Part shown: positions 39,545-50,116 of the stretch, one piece after another | How the letters are laid out: every line of letters begins with the position of its first letter | Numbering within the stretch: the first letter of the stretch is position 1 | Assembly (NCBI GenBank): GCA_043228905.1 | Contig: JBHGNT010000010.1 | Coordinates: 12,586,001 to 12,650,000, forward strand | Direction: 5' to 3' | DNA length: 64,000 nucleotides | Source of the DNA: Azolla caroliniana | Lineage: Eukaryota; Plantae; Polypodiophyta | Notes under the pieces: model-generated | Told to the model about the DNA's origin: nothing | The model's input: only the letters and a program-made list of their open reading frames with translations | Databases searched by the model: none | Made by a program: the position numbers and the translations under genes

Positions 39545-40298
39545 ACACCTTACCCCCGGCCCCCATTCAAATGACCTACTCCTCATCCCCAGCTCCCAGT
39601 CCCGCAAGGCGCACCCAACACACGCACCACCGGACCGAAACTAAATCCTCTACCAAGAAAATACATAGGGGTAGACTTAGAAAATTACTTTGGCTCCCGC
39701 TTCTTCAACCGTTAACTTACCTCCACATTTTAGTGGGAAGGCAAACACCCTCCCAGCTCGAGAATAGGATCACTAATCACTCATTGCACAACCTTTCCTC
39801 TTTCCACCTTCCTGCACCCCAACTCAAACTTCTAAGCTTAGGTGTAGACTTTATTCCCCCACCCCAACCTATTAGAAAACAACAATTGATAGATGTCGTT
39901 GTATCCTTGGATAGAACTTACCGCCTCAAATATTTCTTTAGAAACTCTTCTAACATTATCTCTCCATTTAGAATACCGAAACCTAGCTGGAATCCCCCAA
40001 CCGTGCCAGAAATCACACAAACCATCACATCTATCACCCCTGCCCTCCCCTCCCCACCCACCATCCAACCTCACCCTCATAGGAACTTTAGATTGCACTA
40101 CATAATCTCAAAAACAATCAAGACATAGTTATTAAACCCGCGGATAAAAATGTAGGCATGTGCATTCTCTCTAAGGATTGGTACCTTAACAAATGCCTTA
40201 GACAACTCAACGACAAAAACACTTACACCCCCGTCAAAGACGTCCCCCTAGAAACTCTCCACAGTCGACTTGAACACCTATGTCTGAAAGCTTCCCCC
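39545..40298 (+). pseudogene. Penelope-like element RT ORF, N-terminal part (probably 5' truncated)
   Basis: HNLS..LLSLGVDFIP, RLKYFF, SWNPP, SNLT and LKNNQDIVIKPADKNVG...WYLNKCLRQLND..TY are PLE N-terminal motifs; frameshifts near 40050-40095. Confidence 0.9.
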
Positions 40299-40402
40299 TG
40301 TCATGAACAGTACTGAGACAGAGAAGGAATTAGTACTAAACGAAGGATTAGTACTATGAGAGGTGTAGAACTTCTTCGAGAGAAGGAAGAAGTGAGCGAG
40401 AC

Positions 40403-40449
<47 letters not shown>

Positions 40450-40744
40450 TGATAAGAAAGATATTTATTATATGAAGAGAATATACAACGGTGGCTCAAA
40501 GGCTTAAGACTGGCGTTGAACCAATTTGGTTCAACATAATGCCTAGTGCCCTCTTTTATAGTGTTTTCAGGAGTAATCCTGAAGCTTCTAGAATGTTCCA
40601 GAGAAATCTGGAATATACACTAATTTCCTGTAATAAAATGTAAATGAAAATAATATCCTACGTATTACAATAGATGGTCTAATGGTCAAGAGCTCGACCC
40701 ATATAACCTAAGGTCATGGGTTCGAGTCTTGCCATATCATGACA
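40299..40744 (-). repeat. 3' LTR of chromovirus B (446 bp)
   Basis: TGTCA...TGACA; PPT AGCGGGGATAG on minus strand at 40745-40755. Confidence 0.97.
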
Positions 40745-43700
40745 CTATCCCCGCTTTAAAACGATGAGTGTCACGAGTCGTCTTTGATTGAGGACCCGGT
40801 TTGTGTGGATATTGACGATGGAAGTCTTCAAGAAGAGCACGAGCATTGGTTACATTCTCGATCGGTTCCCAAGTACGTTCGCTGGGACTATAGCCTAGCC
40901 AATCAACTAGATAGTAGAGCTTGTTGCGAACAATCTTGGAATCAAGGATGGCGGCAACCTCGTACTCCGGCCCATCTTCAAGCTCGATCGGGGGTGGAGG
41001 TTGGATAAGACGTTCTGGGATGGTGTTCTCGTGGTAGGGTTCGAAGAGAGAACTATGAATCACCGGAGGTAGATCGAGATGAAAAGCGACATCATTAATC
41101 TTTCCAATAATACGGAAAGGACCTAATCGCCGATAATCGAACTTCTCACATGGGCGAGTAGTCTTGATGTGTCGTCTTAGCAGCCACACCCGATCTCCAA
41201 TATTAAAACTAGATGGAAGTCGATGACGATCCGCGTAGACCTTGTGTGTTTGTTGAGCTTGTTGGAGATGAGTAGATAAATCCGCTTGTATCTTGCGTAA
41301 CCACTCCAAACGATCCTCCGCGCACGGATTTGTGGACACCTCTGGGGTTTCAAGTACACGCCACCGGGGGTGACATCCCGTATAAGCATAAAATGGCATA
41401 ACTTTAGTGGATGCGTGGATAGAGTTGTTATAGGCAAATTCGGCGAAGTGGAGAATATCTGCCCAGTCGTCCTGATGATAGCTGAGAAAGCACCGCAAAT
41501 ACTGCTCCAACGTTTGATTTGTTCGTTCAGCTTGGCCGTCAGTTTGTGGGTGGTAGCCGGAAGAGAGGTTACAAGTGACCTTGAGCATGTTAAAAAGGTG
41601 CTTCCAGAATTTTGACACGAACTGGGGTCCATGGTCGCTGATGATACTATCGGGGAGTCCATGATGCCGACATACTTCACGCATGACAATTTCGGCAGTG
41701 TTTTCACTGGAGATCTCCTTAGTACATGGCAAGAAATGAGCCATCTTCGTATATCGATCGACCACCGTTAGAATCGCATTGAACCCCTTAGAGACTGGAA
41801 GATCTGTGATGAAGTCTAGAGCAATGGATTGCCACGGCTTGCTTGGAATTGGTAATGGTTCTAATAAACCATATGGATGATGCCTTGGCATTTTCGCTCT
41901 GCAACATGTATCACAAGTCCGAACAAAATCCTCGACAAATTGTCGCATACAGGGCCACCAGAAGGATCGTTGTACTAAATGTAATGTTTTAGTACTACCA
42001 AAATGCCCAGTTGTATATGTGTCATGACAATTTTGTACTACTCGAAGGCGGCAAGAACTATTAGGAACATACAAAAGTTCTTTAAAGAAGAGTAATCCAT
42101 CATGGTATTTGAATTGCCGATAGTCCGTACTTGGTGGTTGCGACTGTGAACACGACGCTTGAGAGGGATCAATTTGTGCTAGTATAGCTTGGGCGAACGC
42201 ATCTGTCTTCAAGTCTTCACGTATGGTATCGATAACGCGGGAATCCATAGGCATGTCAAAGATTTGTGTTGCTTGTAGTCGTGCCGGTCCCAAGATGACT
42301 TGTTTTTGGTTATCGAAAGCTGGCTCGCCGGGACGGGGTGCTAGATACGAACGCCGTGATAATGCATCTGCCTTCCCTTGGTGCCTCCCCGGACGATATG
42401 TAATTTTGAAGTCGAAACGCGTGAGGAAGTGGGCCCACCGAGTTTGACGTCGATTCAACACACGAGCATCCTGAAAGTAGGCAAGATTCTTGTGGTCACT
42501 AAATACGGTGACTGGATGAGAGGATCCCTCCAGAAAATGCCTCCATTACATAAAAGAATCCACTATTGCCAATAGCTCCTTATCATGAATTTCGTAGTTG
42601 ATTTCGGCGGCATCAAACTTGCGTGAGTGAAAAGCCACAGGATGTAGCTTTTCATCATTCCCCTGTTGTGACAGAATGCTCCCCAATGCAAAATCCGATG
42701 CGTCAGCTTCGATAATGAATGGTTTCGCCGGATCGACATGAGCTAGAATTGGAGCCAATGTAAATGCTTTTTTAAGACTCTCGAAAGCCATGTCCGTTTC
42801 TTCAGACCAGATGAACGGTTGTCCCTTCCTGGTAAGTTGTGTGAGAGGTAGAACGATCTTTGAGTAATCTTATATGAACTTCCGGTAAAAATTGGCAAAG
42901 CCTAAGAAGCATTGCACATCCCGTACCGAATACGGAGTCTGCCATTCTACCACCATTTTGACCTTAGCTGGGTCCATGGAAATGCCTTCTGACGAAATGA
43001 TGTAACCGAGAAATTCCACTTGGTTGCACCCGAAACTACATTTTTCTAGCTTTGCATACAGACCATGTTCTCGAAGTCGTTTTAGTACTAATAGTACATG
43101 AGAATCATGATCTTCTTGGGTCTTTGAATAAACCAGTAGATCATCCAAATAGATGATCAAACAATCATCCAATAGATCTCGGAATATATCATTAGCCATG
43201 TGCTGGAAGACTGCCGGCGCGTTAGTGAGGCCGAACGGCATGACAGTATACTCGAAGTGCCCATATCTGGTGCGAAACGCGGTCTTCCATTCGTCTCCTG
43301 GTCGGATCCGTACGAGGTTATATGCTCCCCGTAAGTCGATCTTCATGAAGAACCTGGCACCATTGATCCGAAGAGCATACCTATTCCTGATTGTAACCTT
43401 ATTCAAGCCACGGTAATCTACAACGAGACGAAGCGATCCATCTTTTTTCTTGACGAAGAAAATGGGCGCACCGGCTGGAGATTTCGAATGCCGAATGAAA
43501 CCATTGCCCAAATTCTCCTCTATATAGGCCCGAAGGACTTCCAGCTCGGTTGGTGACAAATTGTAGATCGGTCCCCATGGCAGCTCTTTTCCCGGTTGTA
43601 AATCGATGGGGCAATCGTACGGTCGATGATGAGGAAGTGTGTTGGCTTGTACTTTATCGAACACATCGGTGTAATGACGATACTTCTCGGGAAGTTGAAC

Positions 43701-44596
43701 GGTGGATTCTTCTTTAGTGGTGTTGGAGGGGTTTACTGATATTGCAAAGAGGAACATTTCCTCCTTGTGCCCTTCTTTACGCAACTGACGTAGCGAAATG
43801 GTTGCCATCTTCTGAGTTGACCCTTGGGTTTGTCGACACTGGATTTCTCTTGTTCTCCAATCTATGTCAGGGTTATGTAACTCGAACCACGGTAGTCCTA
43901 AAACTATAGGATGTTCTGGGATACTAATAATATTAAATGATACTACACATGCTAAGTTATCTAGGACAGTATTAATGGGCTCTGACTCTTCTCGGGAAGT
44001 TGAACGGTGGATTCTTCTTTAGTGGTGTTGGAGGGGTTTACTGATATTGCAAAGAGGAACATTTCCTCCTTGTGCCCTTCTTTACGCAACTGACGTAGCG
44101 AAATGGTTGCCATCTTCTGAGTTGACCCTTGGGTTTGTCGACACTGGATTTCTCTTGTTCTCCAATCTATGTCAGGGTTATGTAACTCGAACCACGGTAG
44201 TCCTAAAACTATAGGATGTTCTGGGATACTAATAATATTAAATGATACTACACATGCTAAGTTATCTAGGACAGTATTAATGGGCTCTGACTCTTCTAGG
44301 ATATTTCCGGAAGCAATGGGACGTCCATCAATGACTACTACAGAAGCTGGACACTGGAGTTTTCTTAGGGATATCTTATGAGCTTGAGCAAATTTCTTAT
44401 CCATAAAGCAAGAGTTAGCTCCGGAATCTAGGAGTGCTAGGACATGTACTGGAGGGGTACTTTTAGTACTAACTATTACTTGGGCTACGAACACATCACT
44501 AACTTGCTTAGAGGGAATGGAACCACTAATGGGTTGCACAGATCTAGGGCTGTCCAACCAAACGGCTCCTATTTTGGCTGGACTTAGTCGCTTAAC
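40737..44596 (-). pseudogene. pol: pol of chromovirus B (PR-RT-RH-IN-chromodomain)
   Basis: ORFs 43961-44557, 42870-43808, 42546-42791 and 40737-42461; premature stops, small deletions and a 305-bp tandem duplication. Confidence 0.96.
43683..44292. repeat. 305-bp tandem duplication within pol
   Basis: 43683-43987 repeated at 43988-44292; CTTCT microhomology at the junctions. Confidence 0.93.
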
Positions 44597-45735
44597 TCTT
44601 CTTCTAACTAACTAAGGACATCAAATTTGTTTGCTAGATCTGGGATATTAGTACTATTAGGACTATCAGATATCCCTACTGAAATAGGCTCGGATTTAGT
44701 ACAATTAGAACTAGCGACTATTTGGTTTACCTGTCTTCTTGGCCTAAGGGGGCAATTTATTGCGATATGTCCTGGTCCACTGCAATAAAGACATAGTCGA
44801 TTTGTACGGCGTCGCTGCTTTTCTTCTTCGGATAATGGCCCTCGACGACGTGTAGTGTCAATCTCCATCGGAGTCGGAGTATTCGCTGGAGGCGCATTAT
44901 ATGACTCCCTCGGAAAAGGTCTTGCTGCCACTGAGGCGTAGGTGGGCTCTGATCTTGCCCTCGGCATCTGTAGCTGTCGTTCCGAACGTCGCTCAAAGAG
45001 GCGGTTGTCACATCTCACCGCGCGACTAATTGCCTCTGTTAAGGACTTTGGCTCTTCGGGGAAGGTCAAGAGTAAATCCTTGACGTCGTTGCGTAAACCA
45101 TAACAGAATTGCTCCATCAACGCTTGATCATCCCAAGGGATATCGGCGGCGAGTAGGCGAAAATCTGCAGCGTATGCGGAGGCTGGACAGTCACCTTCGC
45201 GTAATCGCCGGATTTTGTTGATTGCGGTCCTGATGCTGTCAGTATCTCCAAAATATGCTTTAAACTCACCTAGAAACTCTTCAAAATTGTTGAGTAACGG
45301 AGATTCCTTTTCTAATAGTGGAGCGAACCATGACAACGCTGAGCCACTAAACAAAGTGCCTACTAAACCCACTCGTGATGGATCGGTGGGATATCAGGAA
45401 GGATGCATTTGAATAACTAATCGTACCTGGTTAAGGAACCCTCTAAACTGCGATCGCGTTCCATCGAACTTCGTGGGAAGGCCAATCTTAGGTTCTTTAT
45501 GAATCCCTTGTGTTCCGGACCCGTGTTGTTGCATCGCTACGATGGTGGCTTCGAGTTGTTGCACGCGTAACGCAAGTTCCCCATGCTGTTGTTGCGTTTG
45601 CTGCTTTTCTAAGGAGATTTGTTGAAGATCCCCCAGCAACCGTTGGTTTTCTTGTTCCAAAGCATGGAACTTCTCCTTCAAGCATTGAAATTCCGAGAAA
45701 ACAGATTGATATTCTTCAGTGCTAACAGTGGCCAT
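44584..45735 (-). pseudogene. gag: gag of chromovirus B
   Basis: ORFs 45394-45735 and 44608-45372 separated by a TGA; CLYCSGPGHIAINC knuckle. Confidence 0.94.
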
Positions 45736-45795
45736 GGGATGAAAGAAAAGAGGAATAAAAGATTAGTAGGAAATGAGAGAGACAGAAGGTAGGGG

Positions 45796-45809
45796 AAATT
45801 GGTTCAAAC
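45796..45809 (-). promoter_or_regulatory. Self-priming-type PBS of copy B
   Basis: Minus strand GTTTGAACCAATTT, identical to copy A although adjacent leader sequence has diverged. Confidence 0.8.
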
Positions 45810-45913
45810 TGTCATAAACAGTACTGAGACAGAGAAGGAATTAGTACTAAACGAAGGATTAGTACTATGAGAGGTGTAGAACTTCTTCGAGAGAAGGAAG
45901 AAGTGAGCGAGAC

Positions 45914-45956
<43 letters not shown>

Positions 45957-46251
45957 TGATAAGAAAGATATTTATTATATGAAGAGAATATACAACGGTG
46001 GCTCAAAGGCTTAAGACTGGCGTTGAACCAATTTGGTTCAACATAATGCCTAGTGCCCTCTTTTATAGTGTTTTCAGGAGTAATCCTGAAGCTTCTAGAA
46101 TGTTCCAGAGAAATCTGGAATATACACTAATTTCCTATAATAAAATGTAAATGAAAATAATATCCTACGTATTACAATAGATGGTCTAATGGTCAAGAGC
46201 TCGACCCATATAACCTAAGGTCATGGGTTTGAGTCTTGCCATATCATGACA
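45810..46251 (-). repeat. 5' LTR of chromovirus B (442 bp)
   Basis: Differs from the 3' LTR by three transitions that I could see plus (GA)n length. Confidence 0.97.
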
Positions 46252-46256
46252 CCCCC

Positions 46257-47474
46257 CACCTCTCCAAGGAGGAAAATAGATTCCTCCTTCAGAAACCCAA
46301 ACATGGTTTTAGGAAATGTCGTTTCTACATCATCCCCAAAATCCACAAGCCCATTGTTGTAGGACGCCCTATTTGTGCCTACAACAATTATGTTTTCGAA
46401 AGAGCCTCTAAATGGCCACACCATCTACTACATCCTGTCTTATTGTCTAAAAAAAAACACCTCAAAGACTCCTTAACACTTGTTAAGGACCTAGCACACC
46501 ACACCTTCCCCAAAACTTGCACATTGTTTTCTTTTGACATAGTGTCACTATATCCCAGTATACCTACCATAGAAGGTCTATTGGTTTTTAAAAAATCTAT
46601 TTCACATCATTTCCCACCACATAAAACCAAAATCATTATGAGTGTCGCCGAACTTATACTTAGAAACAATTTTCTCTCCTTTAATAATGATTTTTGGTTA
46701 CAAATTAAAGGCACCGCAATGGGTAGTAATTTTGCCGTTGTTTACGCTTGCTTGTTTCTTTCGCAGCTAGAGGACAACAACCTAGCTTTCCAAACATCGC
46801 AACTACTCTACTACAAATGCTACATCGATGATACCATAGGAGTTTGGGAAGGTTCCCCCGATACACTTCACACCTTCTTACACCAATACGGCGTGCCTCT
46901 ACAACAACAAATCCGTATTGAATCAACAACCTCCCCTAAAGAGATCACCATCCTGGACGCCGTCTTCTTCAAAGGCCCATACTTTAAAGAATTTGGCATC
47001 CTCGACACCGCATGCCACCAAAAACCTCTCAATGCCTACATGTACCTCTCGTGGAAATCGTCGCACCCCATAGCACACTAAAAGGGCTTCATCACAGGAG
47101 AACTAAAACGGTATGCTATCTGGGAGAGCTCGGAAAATGGCTACATGGAACTACGCAAAAAGTTCTACGACCGCCTAAGAGCTAGGGGCTACCCATCGAA
47201 ATTCCTACTCAAGTGTTTTTCGACCGTCCCCTACTCCATACGAAACCAACTACTCCCTAACCAATCCAACAACAAAAAACCTCCACCCATTGTTTTTAAG
47301 CTTCGTTACTCCCCATGTATGAAAGAACTCCAAATCGGAGCGCTCGTGAGAAACAAACATAAACCCCTTCTAGGACAACCACAATACAATTCCCTTACAC
47401 CCCCTCTCACGTGCTGGCTAGATGGTAAAAAACTAAGAAACCACCTAGTACACTTATCCTTTCCCCCCACCTAA
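46257..47474 (+). pseudogene. Penelope-like RT core, thumb and linker; no GIY-YIG endonuclease
   Basis: FYIIPKIHK..GRPI, FDIVSLYPSIP, QIKGTAMGS, YIDD, KPLNAYMYL..SSHP, GELKRY, RLRARGYP; ends LRNHLVHLSFPPT*; one internal TAA at 47079. Confidence 0.93.
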
Positions 47475-47591
47475 TGTCTTATGTACTCTCACGCCTCTTA
47501 ACCCCCACCTAAAGTCTTGTGTACACTCTTTTACCTTCCCTTTGTACACACTTTTGTATGTCCCACATACAAAGCACTCTCCTCCCTCTCC

Positions 47592-47600
47592 CTATAAAAA
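47592..47600 (+). promoter_or_regulatory. TATA box of the Penelope pseudo-LTR
   Basis: CTATAAAAA ~25 nt upstream of the hammerhead stem. Confidence 0.55.
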
Positions 47601-47619
47601 GAGCAACCTAGTAGGCTTA

Positions 47620-47704
47620 GTTTTCATCATTTGTACATCGGGCACTGAAGAGCCTCCATCGAGGCAAAATGCATTTGTCGATCATTGCCTTATGATAGTA
47701 AAAC
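47620..47704 (+). ncRNA. Type I minimal hammerhead ribozyme, with G12-to-A core change
   Basis: CTGAAGA (47645-47651); stem II GCCTC-CATC-GAGGC; AAAA in place of GAAA; palindromic stem III ATGCAT; stem I ATCGGGCA/TGTCGAT extended by ATCAT/ATGAT and GTTTT/AAAAC. Confidence 0.8.
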
Positions 47705-49560
47705 ATTCTTTCCTTCTATGTGTTGCTCTTATCTAATTGTTTGTCTTAAGTTCTTAAGTGCTTATTTAATAAATTTTTATTAAGTACTTGTTTAATCTCT
47801 TTTTTATCAAATTTTTTTTTCTTAATTTTTTAAGTATTTATTTAATCATTTTCTATTAAGTACTTGTTTAATAATCATTTTTATTACGTACTTGTTTAAC
47901 CCCTTTTTTTAAAGTACTTATTCAATCATTTTTAGGTTTAACTTTTTGTTTAAACATTTGTTTAAGTATTCTCCTCTCTTAATCATAATCATTCTCTTCT
48001 TAGCCATGACCCCTTTTCTTTAACCATAATCCCTCCCTTCTCTTTTAATCATAACCTTGCTTTAAGTGTTTGCCCAAGTGTTTTAATATCTAAATATTTG
48101 TTTAAACATCCGTTTAAGTACTTTGTTTTAGCAACCCCTTCCCCCTTCCCCCTTAATCATAATCCCTTCTTAACCATAATCATTTTTTAATCTCAATCTC
48201 TCTTTTCTATTTCTATTTTTATTTTTTTATAATAATCTTTCTTTTAAGTGTTTGTTTAAGCGTGTGTTTAAACAACTCCCTTTCATCTAAGCGTGTGCTC
48301 CCGTTTTAATAATACTCTATATTGGTGTTTTAATAATACTTTATTGGTGTCTAATAACTTAAGTTATCCCAATGATCTTTAATATGTTCTAAAAACTTTG
48401 ATTAGGTTTAAATACTTTTGATATCTTCAACAAGCTACACTCCCCTAACCCCCACCCACGCCCTCACTTTTCTATTCTTCTAAAACTATATCACTACTTA
48501 TGTTTAGACATACAAATAAGATCTAAACTTGAGTCCACCCCAAACAACCCCCCATGAAGTGCCGCACACTTTAAGCAATCTTAAAAAAGCGTTGATATAT
48601 TATACCCCTAGTGCTTGCCACTCATCACTTCATATCATATATATTATACTCCTAGTAGTCATATACCAACATAAATTTCTATTTTTATTACATCATATAT
48701 TCTATACCTCCTAGTAGTCGTACACCCCATAAACTCTTTCAATTCTCCATACTAATAACTTTACCCCTACAAAAACTAGCAACTATTACAAAACCCTAAA
48801 CCCTAACCTTCGAAACATACGCTCCATCCTACCCCACACTACCATATTTCCCTCCCTCATATCTTTCCTTCTTTTTCTCCCCTTCTCTCCTCTCTCTCCT
48901 CTTTTGTTCCAATACAGATACATGGCCACAAACGTCTCAACAGGAGGACCCAAAACACGATCCATTCAACGTCGTACACCCAACGCCAACGCACCCACAG
49001 ATCCATCCTCAACCACCATCGCTGACATACCCACGGATCCACCCACAACCACCATCGACTTTGTGCCGGATTCTCCACCAATGACGACCAATCTCAAGCA
49101 CGTCGTCGCCAACACTCAAACAACCGTTGTAAACATGGAAGCTCCCTCACCCCACCCTCTTTCTTGTCAATTTATAAATAACGAAGTCCCACATGAAATC
49201 CTACATCTATATAATGTGTGTCTTAACAACCCCAAATCCCCACCTAAAAAAATCCCCCCGCCATCTAGGATGCTACAACTAGATTTAGCCCCAACTAGCC
49301 CTAGTATCACGCAAAGCATTCCCTCCCCCTCCCCCACCTTAAAATGGAAGGTTATAAAGAATTCATCACCAAACTCTCGCCCGCAAAGAAGTTCATCTTC
49401 TTTCAGAAATTGTTTGATACCTTTAGCTCACCTCCCCTAGAATGGGGTGGTGGAGATCCCCTTTGCATGCCTACAATAACAAAATCTCTTTTTGAACACG
49501 CCCATGTGTCCTCTAGCGACCACCACACCCACACAAACCCGTGTCCACAAGACAAACCCG
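47705..49560 (+). mobile_element. Probable Penelope downstream / next-unit 5' region: T-rich imperfect repeats, AAACCCTAAACCCTAA, Pro-rich ORF
   Basis: Contiguous with the pLTR, same pyrimidine/C-rich strand bias; boundary uncertain. Confidence 0.5.
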
Positions 49561-49570
49561 TTTCAAACTG

Positions 49571-49812
49571 ATTTGCAGATATTGTATGAAAGAAGGGCAT
49601 ACAGAAAGGGTATGTCGATACATGCAAGTTGCAGAGAACAAAAGATAATCACAAGCAAATAATGCAACATTAGAAGACAAATCAAACTTGAAGTCAAAAG
49701 AATATATAGAATTTGGATGAAATACCAGAAGATGACAATATTTTGCAAGCATACCATGTCAGTACAGAAGAGACAAAAACCGAACATGATACATGGTACC
49801 TAGACACTAGTG
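49571..49812 (+). pseudogene. Ty1/Copia gag-protease junction remnant (second copy at ~22866-23107)
   Basis: Manual translation gives CRYCMKEGHTERVC (CX2CX4HX4C) then, after a stop and a frameshift, HDTWYLDTS (Copia protease WxLD motif). Confidence 0.75.
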
Positions 49813-50116
49813 TGAAAGGAAGTAGCTGAAGTAATATTTTTTTCCAAGTAGTAAAATAGAATAGTTAAGAAAATAGAACAATTAGTGTAATTGTGGGTTC
49901 TTGCCGAATGGCAAGTGTATATCTTGGAAGAGTCTCTCAAATCGCCTATAAAAAGGGATCGGGAACATTGTATCAAGATTGATCTGTTTGGTTATCGTAA
50001 TATAATTTTGGTTGATAGAGTATAATATGTATCAACTGCCTTGCTTGTCATCTCTATTACGGATATTATGTATATAACTAAGAATCGATCAAGGTAGTAT
50101 CTCATAATCGTTTTCA
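49813..50116 (+). mobile_element. Putative short LTR (~304 bp) interrupting the Copia remnant (second copy 23108-23410)
   Basis: TGAAA...TTTCA ends, internal CTATAAAAAGG, followed by TTAAGT-AGGTATCAAGAG resembling a decayed iMet PBS (TGGTATCAGAG). Confidence 0.55.

Larger units (their letters stand above)
40299..46251 (-). mobile_element. Ty3/Gypsy chromovirus copy B, full length, inserted in the Penelope ORF
   Basis: Two LTRs; 5-bp TSD CCCCC (40294-40298 / 46252-46256); gag-pol with chromodomain; removal restores the PLE frame LKASP|HLSKEE. Confidence 0.98.

Noticed and set aside
40671-40744. A true tRNA gene inside the LTR
   Set aside because: A and B boxes are present but acceptor and anticodon stems do not form; reported only as a promoter-like mimic.
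47079-47081. Recoded stop (selenocysteine) in the Penelope ORF
   Set aside because: The codon is TAA, not TGA; a simple nonsense mutation is the likely cause.
47475-47740. Frameshifted GIY-YIG endonuclease after the RT
   Set aside because: No GIY/YIG or Cys motifs seen; the region holds the TATA box and hammerhead.
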